This document shows, one piece after another, positions 27,715 to 42,626 of a DNA stretch of 64,000 nt (the stretch's first letter is position 1; each line of letters opens with the position of its first letter). This DNA comes from Octopus vulgaris (taxonomy: Eukaryota), in assembly GCA_951406725.2 (NCBI GenBank), contig OX597824.1, positions 6,944,001 to 7,008,000 of the forward strand, given 5' to 3'. Below the pieces are notes generated by a model. That model saw only the letters and a program-made list of their open reading frames with translations, was not told the origin of the DNA and did not search any database. The translations under genes and the position numbers were made by a program.

Positions 27715-27716
<2 letters not shown>
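27338..27716 (-). mobile_element. SINE family B, tail type 4
   Basis: Same head and body as 11378-11695 up to CTTTCTCTCACTCTTTCTTC, then an unrelated tail ending GTCGTGACCGACGGAGTGCC; sits in (TA)n. Confidence 0.85.
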
Positions 27717-27760
<44 letters not shown>

Positions 27761-27788
27761 TGAAAATATATGTATATGCACATGCATG

Positions 27789-27823
<35 letters not shown>

Positions 27824-28008
27824 GCACCTATATACATGCATGTATATGTGCATATATATATATATATATAAATATACACGCACACACACACATAATAAAA
27901 TGTAATCTGATAGAGTTATAAGTTTAATATCTATTTCAACGAATACATACCAACAATGCAAAACACTTCCAAAATTTATTTATGCCGTATACATAAACAA
28001 TATACAGC

Positions 28009-28045
<37 letters not shown>

Positions 28046-28344
28046 ATCATGAACAAAATTTAACAAAGTTTGACGACAAATAATTACAATTAACAAAAAA
28101 ACGAAAATCATACAAAATCAACAAAGTTTTGGGTTATTTTTGCCTCATAAGCTACAGATAATAAACCTTGCATAAATTGAACATTTCATTACCTATAAAT
28201 ATTCATATCCACAAACAGAAAGAGAATTCTTCAATGCAAGGATATATTATCATATTTCTCAATTAAGAGTATTAAACCACACTGTATATGCATGATGTGT
28301 ATGCGTGTGTGAGTGTGTGCATGTGTGAGAGTGTATAACTATCC

Positions 28345-28414
28345 ATCTATCTATAGATAGATAGATAGATAGATAGGTAGATAGATAGATAGACAGACAG
28401 ACAGATAGACAGAC

Positions 28415-28461
<47 letters not shown>

Positions 28462-28481
28462 CAGATAGATAGATAGATAGA

Positions 28482-28483
<2 letters not shown>
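28345..28483. repeat. (GATA)n/(GACA)n microsatellite
   Basis: Direct inspection. Confidence 0.95.
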
Positions 28484-29199
<716 letters not shown>

Positions 29200-29702
29200 T
29201 CATTTGCTCACTGTCCAGCATCCGTGTTTATCTAAAAAAGATATATATGTGTATATATATAACATAAACAGGGTCTGAAAGATTGTTTAGATATGCATGG
29301 CGTATTTTATAAACATGCACGGTTAAAGTATGATAAAAGCCTGAAACTATCAATAGCTCTTTTGTTTGTTTATCAAATTGATATAGATGGATATCCATTC
29401 ACCTGATGCTATTTGTTTATCCTTCACCGAACTAAGAACCTGCAATTTATTTGCAACTAGCATCTATAGACAGCAGTGCAATAGGTGCAGTGAGTGAAGC
29501 CATGCGTGACATTGATGAATCGCTGTGCATTCAGTCGGCCATTTGTCGATGTATGCATAACCGAAGTGCAAATCCGTGTTTGCTTTAGTAAGTATGTACT
29601 TGCCCTTAAATATTATTTGTACATGATAATGCAATAACCAATCTAACCATGAGGCTTTCGCTAATTAAATATCAGGTTCTCTTGGACATTTCATATACAT
29701 AT

Positions 29703-29854
29703 AGGCGTAGGCGTGACTGTGCGGTAAGAAGCTTGCTTCCCAACGACATGGTTCTGGGTTCAGTCCCACTGGCACCTTGAGCAAGTGTCTTTTACTAGAA
29801 TCTTGAGTCAACCAAAAGCCTGTGAGTGGGTTTCATAGACGGGAATTGCCCATC

Positions 29855-29890
<36 letters not shown>

Positions 29891-30211
29891 TTATCATCAT
29901 CATCATCCGCTTTCCATGCTAGCATGAGTTGGACGATTTGACCGAGGACTGGTGAACCAGATGACTGCACCAATATATATATATGTATGTATGTATATGT
30001 TTGTGTGTCTGTGTTTGCCCCCCACCCCAACATTACTTGACAACCGATGTTGGTGTGTTTACGTCCCCATAAGTTAGCAATTTGGCAAAAGAGACAGACA
30101 GAATCAGTATTAAGCTTACAAAGAATAAGTCCTGAGGTTGATTTGCTCAACTAAAGACAGTACTCCAGCATGGCCTCAGTCAAATGACTTAAACAAATAA
30201 AAGAATAAAAG

Positions 30212-30213
<2 letters not shown>
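29703..30213 (+). mobile_element. SINE family A containing a family C fragment (29888-29972)
   Basis: Head AGGCGTAGGCGTGACTGTGCGGTAAG; tail ...AAACAAATAAAAGAATAAAAG. Confidence 0.85.
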
Positions 30214-30242
<29 letters not shown>

Positions 30243-30250
30243 GTTGATCA

Positions 30251-30378
30251 ATGACACTGACTGAGTGTTCAACCCTACATTGATGGATAAAATTTCTTTA
30301 TTTGTATATTAAGTCGACAATTGGATATTTTTCTTAACATGAAACTAATGGTAGACGTCATACACAAATAAAGAAATA
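30251..30378 (+). ncRNA. Hammerhead-like motif beside (TA)n
   Basis: ATGACA-CTGACTGA-GTGTT...AACAT-GAAAC-TAATG-GTA-GACGTCAT; also an ATTTCTTTATTTGT/ACAAATAAAGAAAT inverted repeat. Confidence 0.5.
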
Positions 30379-30867
30379 TACACACACATTCACAAACACA
30401 CACACACACACACACAATCGATGTTTCTCAAGCATTTGTTGATTTCCTTGTTAAACTCATCCATCGCCAATGTTAATCTTAAGCAAGGTCCATAAAAAAA
30501 TATTCGATCTGAGATGCAGTTGTTTACGCAAAAGTGCAGCCTTCTGGAACAAGATACTTTCAGATTCAATGGACCAAGAAGCTTATAGATTTAATAAATG
30601 TTTCATTGAATCTTTTGGATAGAAATTCTACTTTGGCATATGCATTAAGTCGCAGCAATGATTGGATTTAATAAAAAAAACACACTGAGCTAATGTTATG
30701 TAATCATGAAGTGAGAGATGTTTTCTTGAGAAGGTACATTTTTTATTAAAGACGAAATGAGAAAGCTGTACCGTAATGAAACATGGTTGAGGAAGATGCT
30801 TCTGTAAAATAGTCCATGGGTTTGTTGTCAGTCGTAATAAACCAAATTAAGCAGGAAATACTAAGAC

Positions 30868-30901
<34 letters not shown>

Positions 30902-30926
30902 CAGCACAAGTTTTAGTGGTTAGTGA

Positions 30927-31395
30927 AGGCATGTGGCTCAGTGGTTACAGCATCAAGCTCAGAATCAAGAGGTAGTGAGTTCAGTTCCTGGACCAGGCTG
31001 TGAGTTGTTTTCTTGAGCGAGACACTTTATTACGTTTCCCCACTTCACTCAGCTGTAGAAATGAACAGTGACATCACTGGTGCCAAGCCGTATCAGCCCC
31101 TTTGCCTTTCCCTTGGCATGGAGAGGGGGAGGCTGGTATGCACTGACAACCGCTGGTCTTCCATAGCAACAACCTATTTCTTTACTGCCCACTAGGGGCT
31201 AAACACAGAGAGGACAAATAAGGACAGACACATGGATTAAGCCAATTAGATCGACCCCAGTGCATAACTGGTACTTAATTTATTGAACCCGAAAGGATGA
31301 AAGGCAAAGTCGACCTCGGCGGAATCTTCCATAACAACAACCTTCTCAGGTTCGTGCCTCAGAGGGTAACTTTCTCAGTGCAAACCCATGGTTAG
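30927..31395 (+). mobile_element. SINE family E with nested family D fragment (31176-31324, minus)
   Basis: tRNA-like head TGGCTCAGTGG/GTTCAGTTCC; nested D copy flanked by 19-bp TSD TCTTCCATARCAACAACCT (31157-31175, 31325-31343). Confidence 0.8.
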
Positions 31396-31725
31396 TGTGT
31401 TTCACATGACTTTAAGGTTGTGGGTTCAATTCCTAGGCTGGGCAGTATGTTATCTCCTTCAGAAAGGTACATTGTTTCATATTTGAGAATGTGAAAAAGC
31501 ATAGCTTAGTGGTTAGGATGTTAAGTTCATCATCAATACACCCTGGGTTCAATTCCTTGTCTAGGCAACACAGTGTGTCCTTCATTAATGCACATTGTTT
31601 TGTTACATGAATGAGGAAAAGCATGACTTAGGGGTTAAGGTGTTCAGGTCATGATCAAGACACTTTGGGTTCAATTCCTGGACCAGGTGGCACACTGTGT
31701 TCTTAAGCAAGTCACACTGTTTTAT
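31385..31725 (+). repeat. Three tandem diverged SINE heads, about 120 bp each
   Basis: GGGTTCAATTCCT repeated at about 31422, 31545 and 31667, with GGTTAG/GGTTAAG A-box remnants. Confidence 0.7.
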
Positions 31726-31900
31726 AAGCAAGTGTGAAATTACATGACCAAGTGGTGTGTGGAGCCTTTGTGTGTGCCCCCCTCTCGACACTGCTTGGCA
31801 ACTGGTGCTGGTTTGTTTATGTCCTTGTAAATAAGTGGTTCAGCAAAAGGGACCAACAGAATAGATACCAGGCTTCAAAAAAAAAAATGAAATGATGATA

Positions 31901-31954
<54 letters not shown>

Positions 31955-31955
<1 letters not shown>

Positions 31956-32258
31956 GAGCACTCACAGAGTGCAAACATCCGCCAAGGTAACACCAACGTC
32001 CTCCCAATGATTAGCTGGGAATGGTTTTTGAAATGAGAATATTTGAAATAAACTCGATTGCTCTCATAAATGAGAATGCTAAAAATGAACCCAATCGCTC
32101 TCAAAAATTAAGTAAAATCCCTGGAAAATAATCCAGAATCCTTGTCTGGTACCAGATCGATCCCAAAATCTAAAGAGTTTGTGCTAGTCAAGAGGCCAAA
32201 CATCCCTGAAAGTTTCATCTGAATCCATCCAGCAGTTCTTGAGATATCTTGTCCACTT
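31955..32258 (-). mobile_element. Helentron/DINE-like element, second copy, splitting a family A SINE
   Basis: Reverse complement of parts of 5527-5864; SINE A fragments at about 31770-31876 and 32265-32330 flank it. Confidence 0.6.
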
Positions 32259-32649
32259 GAGAAAGAAACCTTCCTCAAGGCGGTGCCTCAGCATGGCCAC
32301 AGCCTAATGACTGAAACAAGTAAAAGATAAACGGCTCCAACTGATGGAGTGAGACCGTTTGATGCATTTCAATATTTCCAATAACACCTGGCTGAGATTA
32401 AAAGCAAACCTATTCAGAAACATAATATGTGTTGCGGCTGGTTAATAATTAAACGAAGCTGGACCAATAATTCTTGCAACGAAAGACAAAAGTCAAAGAA
32501 TCTCTGCAGGTGAGATAACTGCCGATGCCTCACAGACACATTTGGTATTTTAATGTCTCTTTGCACAGCGAAGAAAGACGAATTAAAAGAATGTTACCAA
32601 TTGCTTCTTGCATTTTTTTTTTCTTCCCCAACAAACATTAACAGCTAGA

Positions 32650-32758
32650 TTATTGATATCATTATTATTATCATTATTGTTGTTGTTATTATTATTATTA
32701 GCATTGTTATTGTTGTTGTTGTTATTATTATTATTATTATCATTATTATTATTATTAT

Positions 32759-32799
<41 letters not shown>

Positions 32800-33364
32800 T
32801 TGTTGTTGTTGGTGGTGTTATTATTATTAGTATTATTATTGTTGTTGTTATTATTATTAGTATCATTATTGTTGTTGTTGGTGGTGGTGTTATTATTATT
32901 ATTATTGTTGTTATTATTATTATTATTATTAGTAGTAGTAGTAGTAGTAGTAGTAGTATTGTTGTTATTATTATTATTATTATTATCATCATTATTATTA
33001 TTATTATTAGTGTTATTATTTTTGTTATTATTATTGTTATTATTATTATTATTATTAATAATGATGGTGATGATGATAAAATATAATACAATATACATGT
33101 TACACACACACACACACACACACACCTTCAGAAACTGGAATATAATTGTCAAAAGCTAAATAGAAAATTTTATGCAAGTTGAAAGAAAAAAAAAACAGAA
33201 GAAAATGCTGTTTCGGAAGAATTTCTGTGTTTGCGTAGAGGAACGGTAAATAGTTCCACGAAGAGAAAATATAAAAGTGTTTGGAAAGAGAAATGTTAAG
33301 AAATGATTACAAGACAGGAGCAACTACAGAAAGTGCTTCTACTTAAAGATAAATGCAAAGCCAA

Positions 33365-33414
<50 letters not shown>

Positions 33415-33539
33415 TACTACTGCTGGTGCTACTACTAGTGCTGCTACTACTGCTACTACTACTTCTACTGTTACTACTAGTACTGCTACTACTACTATTA
33501 CTGCTACTACTACTACTACTACTACTGCAACTTCTACTG

Positions 33540-33576
<37 letters not shown>

Positions 33577-33657
33577 AACTGCTACTACTACTGCTACTGC
33601 TACTACAACTACGACAACCACTGCTGCTGTTGTTGCTGCTGATGACAAGATGAAGAA

Positions 33658-33690
<33 letters not shown>

Positions 33691-33780
33691 AAGAAAGAAA
33701 GAAGGAAAGAACAAAGGAACAAAAGAAAGAAAGAACAAAGGAAAGAAAGAAAGTTAGAAAGAAGGAAAGAATGAAAGAAA
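32650..33780. repeat. Large trinucleotide (TTA/GTA/GTT, ACT/GCT) and (GA)/(GAAA) simple-repeat blocks
   Basis: Direct inspection; source of the poly-L, poly-N and poly-T ORFs. Confidence 0.95.
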
Positions 33781-33996
33781 TGATGCAGAAGAATTTTATA
33801 AAACCTCTTTATGAATTCATCAGATGAAACATGGAAAATAACAGTGTAAATCTCGAAATTAAAGCCTGGCTTCGTTAAGAGACACATTTGAGTCAGAAGA
33901 TCCTTGTGGATTCTAGAATGATGACAAAACACCCACCCATACACCTCACACGAGGGCCAACCTGAAGCCAATTGGACCGAATGCTCCCAATCAGGT

Positions 33997-34115
33997 CCCA
34001 CGCTCAATGGGGCCCTGCGCTCAAGGGAGCCCCGCACTGAAAGGGGCCCTGTGCTCAAGGGATCCCCGCACTCAAGGGAAACCCGCACTCAAGGGAGCCC
34101 CATGCTCAAGAAGGC
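33997..34115. repeat. GC-rich minisatellite, about 17-bp unit, about 7 copies
   Basis: Consensus approximately CCCCGCACTCAAGGGAG. Confidence 0.85.
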
Positions 34116-35440
34116 CACATCATATACTGCGATATTTCATGAAGGTGGTCTCCTTGAAGTTTAAAAATAAATTTACATAAAAATGCTCCTTAAAAAAAAA
34201 AAAGATACTTTCTACACTTTAGCGACACAAGATACCAAAAGATAAACCCAATTGCTTGGGTCAGCCTTGTTTGTATTTTTAGTGTAAGGGTCAAATGTAT
34301 GTATGCCTGTGTGTATGTAAACGAACCAAAACTGATTGTTCAGTTTTGAGGGGGACAAACACGAAAATGCACAGACAATTAACTTTCATGCATTTTCCGT
34401 CCGCCAACTTCATTGTCAGGACACTGGTCAGCCTGGAGCAATGCAGAGGGTGCTTGCTCAAGGTGCTGCCCAGTAGGACTGAACACATGATCATGGGGTT
34501 ACCAAACAAATTTATTAACCACACAAACACAACCAAGTCTGAGAATATATTATGCATACATAATGTAATTTCCGATACAAAACATTTCTGGATATCAATG
34601 ATTGAAAATGATCCGTTTCTCAGAATGCAAATCTCCCCATATTCAATGAAATATGATGAAGAATTCAAAGCTTACTGAAATATACACACGCACACACATA
34701 TATATATAATATATAAACACACACGTGTATACATACATACATACATATATACATGCACACACAGACACACACACAAACAGATACAAATGGTAATAACAAT
34801 GATTTTGTGTTTTTCTTGAGCAGAATTGAGACTTCACACACAACACTTCGAGCTATCTGAATTTACATAACTTTCCCAGCATAAAATATGAAATATTTTA
34901 GTTATCTGACAGAGACAAAAAAAAAAATAATAATAATAAAATGGTAAGCGGAATCTGAGAAATCAAAATCTAAGCGATTTAACAAAATAACCTCAATGAA
35001 AAGCCTCTGATTAATAAATATCTGGATGCATACCAAAAGTTTAGCTTTCTTCTAAAAGACGGAATGTGGACAGGTTTGAGCAAGATATAAACAGTATAAT
35101 CCGTTTGTCTGTCCTTGTTTGTCCCCGTCTGTGTGTAGCCCCCTGTGGGCAGTAAAGGAATAATAAACAGTTTAAGTCAATCTCCAAATGATTTATTAAA
35201 ATCTTTGTGAAAGAAGCAAACGAGGCAAGATGATGATGTTGGGATGCATTTTATAAGGACAATCATCTCTTTAATAAAGTGGTTTTTGTAGCTTTTTGTA
35301 GCTCTGTCGCGGAATTGAGCTTTATAAACGTTCCCCTACAAATGTTTTGTAAAATAAGCCAAGAGAGAGAGAGGAAAATAAAATAAAAACCATCAGACAG
35401 GATCTTATTACTAGGTATTCACATGGACTAATACCCCCTA

Positions 35441-35742
35441 TAGGCGCAATGGCCCAGTGGTTAGGGCAGCAGACTCGCGGTCGGAGGATCGTGGTTTTGA
35501 TTCCCAGACCGGGCGTTGTTTGTGTTTATTGAGCGAAAACACCTAAAAAGCTCTACGAGGCTCCGGCAGGAGGTGGTGGCGACCTCTGTTGTACTCTTTC
35601 GCCCCAACTTCCTCTCACTCTCTCTTCCTGTTTCTTGAGTAACACTGCGATGGACTGGTGTCCCGTCCAGCTGGGGGAAACACACATGCCACAGAAACCG
35701 GGAAACTGGGCCCATGAGCCTGACTAGACTTGAAAAGGGTGA
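35441..35742 (+). mobile_element. SINE family B, tail type 2
   Basis: AGGCGCAATGGCCCAGTGGTTAGGGCAGC head; tail CTGCGATGGACTGGTGTCCCGTCCAG...GAAACCGGGAAACTGGGCCCATGAGCC. Confidence 0.88.
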
Positions 35743-37639
35743 CAAGTACTGCCTATATTGCCTTATAAGGAAATTACTGAAGAAGCAAAAATGGTCATTC
35801 ATTCGTTTTTACATTTGTTTTTCTATAGTAGTATGAGTCGGAAGAGTTCATATATTGAGGCATGTTTTACAGCCAGATGTCCTTTAACTCACAAAAAAAC
35901 CTACCTGGTTTATGAACTAAGGGATCTTTTGCTCCATAATCATCTTCGAAAGTATGAAACCAGGGGGCAATTAATTGAGAACGAACTGACAATTAACATC
36001 TGGACTTGTAGTTCAGTGCCTTTTCATGCAAACTGCAGAATGGAACCATTCACAGAGAATATACATACATATATACACAGACATACATATAAATGTACAC
36101 CTATATATACATATGACAAGCCTCTTTTTGTTTGGGGATTTGGTTAGTCTGATATAGCCTTCACAGTGGGACAAAATCCAAACCCATGTGACTGAGAAGT
36201 AAATCTCTCAACTACACACACAAACACACACACTCATACTGCTTATGATGAAATTATATCAGACCTTGGTACATCATCAGACATGTTCCTGTTTAGATAA
36301 AAGAATGTTCCTTCTGATAAGACAATGGCAAATTTATATTTTAATTTTGACAAAAAAAAAAGTTCTATTAATTTTTTTTTTTTATATTTAAAATGCATTT
36401 AAAATATAAGTAATATACCAGTTCTAAAATGATTTATTTCTAAGACAAATCCCAACCCATTTAACAACTGGCACCACCACCAAAAGCCCTCTTAATATTT
36501 GCTATCTTCTGTGAGCTTAAGATGTCCCCAGGGAGTTGCTACCAAGAAGGTGCTACCACTTAGCCAAGAGCAATACAAATTCAGCTTCTCTTACTAAAGA
36601 CAAAATCACTTCTGAATAGAGTTTTGATTTAATTATTGATGAAAGCAATGAATGAATAAATTTTCAAAAGAGTTTAATTAATAAATTTAATTAATAAATA
36701 TTGTCATCTTTATGATTGGGGTTGGAGGCCTCACTCACAACCCAGTCATTGTGTCTTCATGCTATCTGCAAAGAGAGTAAGGGCTAGTAAACCCAAGGAT
36801 CTCTTTGGAGCCTACTTTGCAGTTAGGGTTGACTTTCTAGCCCTTCGCCTCTTCACAGTCAGTCACAGACTGAAGATTTATGCTCAGAGCTGTCCCCTTT
36901 CTAGTTTGCCTTGCCTTCGAAGGCTGCCAAACCCAAACCATCAAATCAGTCGCACCACTGATGTAAGAGTGGGCACAGCCATGCCATAATTGAGGAATGG
37001 TATCAAATAATGAGTTTGAGAGAAAGTCTTTGAGACAGTTTGAGACTGGAAGTGAGCTCACAAAATTACTACATACTGTATTCCATAAAGATACATTCTT
37101 ATTTTTTTACCAAAATTCTTACACAGATTAACCATAATTGCACTGTTTAGCAATAACGCTAATTCTTTGTTGAAATTACATACAGATGAATGAAGAAGTT
37201 TTGGTAAAGAAAACTTCCAATATACAACAGCAATGGAAGTTAATGGGAAATGAGAAATCATTAAATTCTGTATTCTGTTAAGAAACTTTGATGAATGACA
37301 ATCTTACAAGAAGAAAAAAAATGGTTTCAAAATGAGTTTTTAAATTTAAATTTAAACAATGTATCATGGGAAATTTCCACAGTAAATGAGCAGCTGTCAT
37401 TTCTATATATATATATGTATATATGTATGTATGTATCTATGTATGTATATATGGATATATATGCAGAGAAAGAGCAATAAAAGAAGGGAAAAATTAAATT
37501 AAAGTTGTGTTAGGTGAATAAAAAAATGTTACAGATCTATAAATATTTACTAATATAGAAACACGAACAAAGCCATTGATGAATTTATATACATATAAAT
37601 ATTAATATCTGGAAGAAAACTCAACACAATGAATGTGTG

Positions 37640-37953
37640 TGCACATGAATACACATACACCCACATACATACATACATACATACAAACATGCATACATAC
37701 ATAAATACATACATACATACATAAATAAATACACACACCCACATACATAAATACATACATACATACATAAATAAATACACACATACATACATACATAAAT
37801 ACATACATACATAAATATATACATACATAAATACATGCATATATACATAAATACATACATAAATACATACATACATACATACATAAATAAATACACACAC
37901 CCACATACATACATACATACATACGTGCACACCAACACACACAGACATACATA

Positions 37954-37993
<40 letters not shown>

Positions 37994-38170
37994 GATATAG
38001 ATATAGATAGATAGATACATACATACATAAATAAATAAATAAATAAATATATACATACATTACAAAAATACATACATACACTGAAATAAAACTGAACAAT
38101 GACATACACACACACACCCACATACATACATGCACACAGACACACAAACATACATACACACATATATTTG
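37640..38170. repeat. (TACA)n-type degenerate microsatellite block
   Basis: Direct inspection. Confidence 0.95.
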
Positions 38171-38510
38171 TGTAGAATATATAGATGTAAAGACAAGTAT
38201 ATAACAAGGTTGCAAAAAAAAAAAACACAAACAAAAACACAACAGAGGTAAACAATCTATTGTGCAGACGTAATATGAGGCAAACATGAACAGGAATAGC
38301 AATTTGAAAATGATGTGGTGGTGGTGGTGGTCATGGTGATTGGGGTGGGATTTTGTCGTTAGAATTATGAAGGTGAGTCAAGAAGCTGAGAAATGGATGG
38401 TGCAAATAATAATGGTTGACTACAGTACAATAATACAATAATAAAAATGGAACATATTGGAAACATCACATGGACAAAAAAAAATATGGCATTATTTCTC
38501 ATATATATAT

Positions 38511-38928
38511 TCTCTTTTTCTCTTTTACTCTTTTACTTGTTTCAGTCATTTGACTGCGGCCATGCTGGAGCACCGCCTTTAGTCGAGCAACTCGACCCCG
38601 GGACTTATTCTTTTTTGTAAGCCCAGTACTTATTCTATCGGTCTCTTTTTGCAAAAACCGCTAAGTGACGGGGACGTAAACACACCAGCATCGGTTGTCA
38701 AGCAATGCTAGGGGGACAAACACAGACACGCAAACACACACACACATACATATATACATATATACGACAGGCTTCTTTCAGTTTCCGTCTACCAAATCCA
38801 CTCACAAGGCATTGGTCGGCCCGGGGCTATAGCAGAAGACACTTGCTCAAGATGCCACGCAGTGGGACTGAACCCGGAACCATGTGGTTGGTTAGCAAGC
38901 TACTTACCACACAGCCACTCCTACGCCT
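38511..38928 (-). mobile_element. SINE family A, full length, young
   Basis: Near-identical to 6011-6425 and 47886-48289. Confidence 0.92.
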
Positions 38929-38955
38929 ATATATATACATATATACATATATAGG

Positions 38956-39661
38956 TTTTATTTGTTTTAGTCATCTGTCTGTGACCAGGCTGGAGCACCA
39001 CCTTAAGTGAAACAAATTGACCCCAGGACTTATTCTTTGTAAGCATTGTTTTTTCCATCTGCCTCTTTTACCGAACCGCTAAGTTACAGGGATCTAAACA
39101 CACCAACATCAGTTGTCAAGCAATGGTGTAGGGGACAGACAGACATACATACATACAGACATACATACATATATATATATATAGCAAAACAGTTAAGATT
39201 CAAATGAATTCAAATGAATATGATACTTAACTTAGATGCACCAGAAATCTTTATGGTATTAACCATAAAATTATGTGGTGTGATTATAACCAAGAAAAAA
39301 GCAGATGCGAACTTAACCGTGGTATGACCAGCATCTTTCCTCATGTCTCTTGGAACTTATATCCACATCTTTATGAGTAGATTTATCTTCTCTGGGATGT
39401 CAATAATTAATTTAAAAACTTTGTATTGTTGGAAAACATATATAGTCTGCTTGGAATCTTACTTCAAATTCATGGAACTCACTCCTATAACTTCATAAGG
39501 ATATTTACACTCTCTAAGATGTTTGGAAAACCTATATGTGATTTAGCTGATGAATACTAGACATTATATTTGCTGTAATATTTGCAGCTTGAAATAAAAT
39601 GTTTATAGTATGAAACAATTGTACTAAACTACCGATCCATTCTTGTTGCTTTTTTCTTTGT

Positions 39662-39693
<32 letters not shown>

Positions 39694-39853
39694 GATGGGC
39701 TTCTTCAGTTTCTGTCTACCAAATCCACTTACAAGGTTTTGATTGATCCAAGGCTGTAATAGAAGACACTTGCCTAATATGCCACGCAGTGGGATTGAAC
39801 CCAAAACCATGTGACTGGTAAGCAAGCTATTACCACACAGCCACTCCTGCACC
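38956..39853 (-). mobile_element. SINE family A split by about 475 bp of Penelope-like sequence (39185-39660)
   Basis: Halves at 38956-39150 and 39690-39853; insert 39205-39292 is a diverged reverse complement of about 54870-54960. Confidence 0.75.
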
Positions 39854-40374
39854 TATATATATATATATATAATGTATAGCACTTTATGATTGAGGCATGT
39901 TTCTGCAGAATTAATTCACCCAAAATGCTTTCATTTGAGAGTCTCACCCTCTCTCGTGCAAATACAGATATCATCATAACCATTGCTTAATAGGCTGGGT
40001 ACATTTCTCATAGCCAGATGCTCTTCCTGTCATCAACACTCACCTCTTTCCATGGTAGATTGCAAAAAAACAACACCTACTGAATGGTATCTGTATAATG
40101 AAATTTGTTCACAGTTAGTCTGCAATGTGTAGAGAAACAAACACAAACACATACACTACCAGCTTCTTTTTCAGTTTTTACCAAATTCCCTCACAAAGTA
40201 CTAGATGGCCTAGGGCTATAAAAGAAGACACTTGCCCAAGGTTCACTGCTATTAGACTCTACTCAAAGCCACATGGCTGTAAAGTAAATCTCATAACCAT
40301 GCAGTAATATACATACAAAATATTTGTATGGACATGTACCTACACACATCTATACACAGACATACATGTGTGTT

Positions 40375-40434
<60 letters not shown>

Positions 40435-40480
40435 TATATATCAGTATGCATACATGCATTTATATGCATATTTATATGCC

Positions 40481-40524
<44 letters not shown>

Positions 40525-41282
40525 ACACACACACATATTTATATATGAGTGTGTGTGAATGTGCATACAGATGTCTACACACATACACACATATCAGTAT
40601 GCATACATGCATATATATGTATATTTATATGCATGTATACATAATGCATATATATGCATGTGTATGTGTGTATATATATATATGAGTGTGTATGTGTGTA
40701 TGTGTGTTGGACAATTGAAAACTGACAATATCACAGATAAGCGGAATTTCAGTTTAAATATAAACACTTTGGTGTGAATGGTTTTGCGTGGGTTGGTCTC
40801 CAATGAATCAAACAAGTGTTAATCTAAGACAAAACCAAGACATCTCTTCAAGACAGCTCATACGGAAGCTGAGACACAAATGATGTACAAAAGTGCATCA
40901 CGAATCAGAAAAAAAAAAAAGTTTCAAAACAACAAATTAGCTTGTAGTGCAAAATAAAATTTATGAAAATCAAGATTAGTAAAAGAAAAAAAGATTTTTC
41001 TTTTTGAATGCAAACATATTTTTGTTTCTTTTAAAAATCAGAAATGTTATTTTTCTCCCTTTGTTTAATATTCCAGTTTAGTAAAAGAACTTGTTGAAGA
41101 AAACCAGTGCTAAATATTTTGCAGAAAGAAAATAAATCCAGAAATCCTTTAGGGAAGGTTTACGAGTAAGAAGGAATCACTTTGACACTTCTGTCAATCC
41201 AATACCTGTATCTGTTAAAAACAGAGGCATTAGATGTTGCTGGATGCTGTGTAATAGGTACCAGGACAGTCTTCATCTAGCA

Positions 41283-41526
41283 CAGTGGTCCTCAACCACT
41301 TGTTGCCTATGGAACCCTTTAATTCTTATTCTCCCAGAGAAGGGGCTCCTCACAGCCATTCAATATCTTAAAACTTGTACTGTATTCTGATGATCAAATA
41401 TTATGAGGAATTGCTTTAAAAATGTTTTAATATTTTGTGCATTGTAGAAATATATCAAGGTTTTTAACACATGAATTTTAAGAACCAAATCCTATGTGGA
41501 CCCACAAGGGCCTTATAAAACCACTG
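41283..41526. mobile_element. hAT-like MITE
   Basis: CAGTGGTCCTCAA ... TATAAAACCACTG terminal inverted repeats. Confidence 0.55.
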
Positions 41527-41547
41527 ATCTTGCAGATCTGTAATATA

Positions 41548-41790
41548 AAAGGTAAAGTTAGCTTCTCAAGTCATGTAGGTTCATAAGGGCCAGTTTCCCT
41601 GTTTCCATGGCATATAAACTCCCTCCCTGGACAGGATGCCAATCCGTCACAGGATTATGCATTTTTGCCAGCCGAGTGGACTGGACCAACATGAAATGAA
41701 GTGTCTTGCTCAAGGACATGATGCATCACCTAGCACAGGAATTGAAACCACAATCTTATGATCATGAATCCAACACTTTAGCCACCTAGC
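41548..41790 (-). mobile_element. SINE family E carrying a family-B type-1-like tail
   Basis: Minus: head...CCTTGAGCAAGACAC...CCTGTGACGGATTGGCATCCTGTCCAG...GGAAACTGGCCCTTATGAACC...AACTTTACCTT. Confidence 0.75.
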
Positions 41791-42626
41791 AGATCTGTCG
41801 CTGAAGACATTCCAGCGGTGCCCTTTCCTCACCACCCCACATTTAGCAGCCATAATGTATCCATAATGTATTTGAAGATTATTGAATACAGTAGGAAATG
41901 TGACTTGAGGAACTAGACTTGACTGCTATGTCTAGCAGGTCAGGTAACCACAATGAAGGCGTCCTCATTTGTTACTGTCGTTAAGTAGTTACTCTGAAAG
42001 TTTCTAAGTTTGGAGTGACTTCATTTTGAATGGTTATGAGTGAAGAGGAAGGAGTGAAGAGGAAGGAGAGAGGAGGAAGGAGTGAATTATTCAGCTAAAA
42101 TTAATTTGGTGAATTCTCAGAGGAAATGTTTGCAAAAGGGAATTTCTTGAAGAGAGAAATGGCATGGCAAATAAGAATATAAATATGCCATTTGGAAATC
42201 TCATTGAAGTATTTAAAGAGAGATAAGTGAGGAGAGTCCGTGGAGCACCAATATGGTGGTGGTGGTCATGGTGGTGGTGGTGGTCATGGTGGTGGTGGTG
42301 GTGTTGGTGTTGGTGAGTGTGCATATATGTGTGTGTGTGTGTGCATGCGTGGTGGTGGTGAAGTGACACCAATGTCAGAACGGAATCATTATAAATGGTT
42401 GGGTGCTCTGTGCATTGTCTTTGATGGAGAAGGAGAGAGAAAGGTGGAGAGACACAAACAACAGAAAGAGAGAAAGAAAGGGAGGGAGGGAGTGTGTGTG
42501 TGTGAGTGTGCATATATGTGTGTGTGTGTTTGTCTGTATGAATGCATGCATGTGCATGTATCTGCATGCATGCACGAATCTGTACGGGTGCACACTTATA
42601 TATATATATGTGTGAGTGTGCGCTTG

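Noticed and set aside
39380-39660. Possible GIY-YIG endonuclease remnant in the Penelope-like insert
   Set aside because: No diagnostic motif could be read in the frames I examined.
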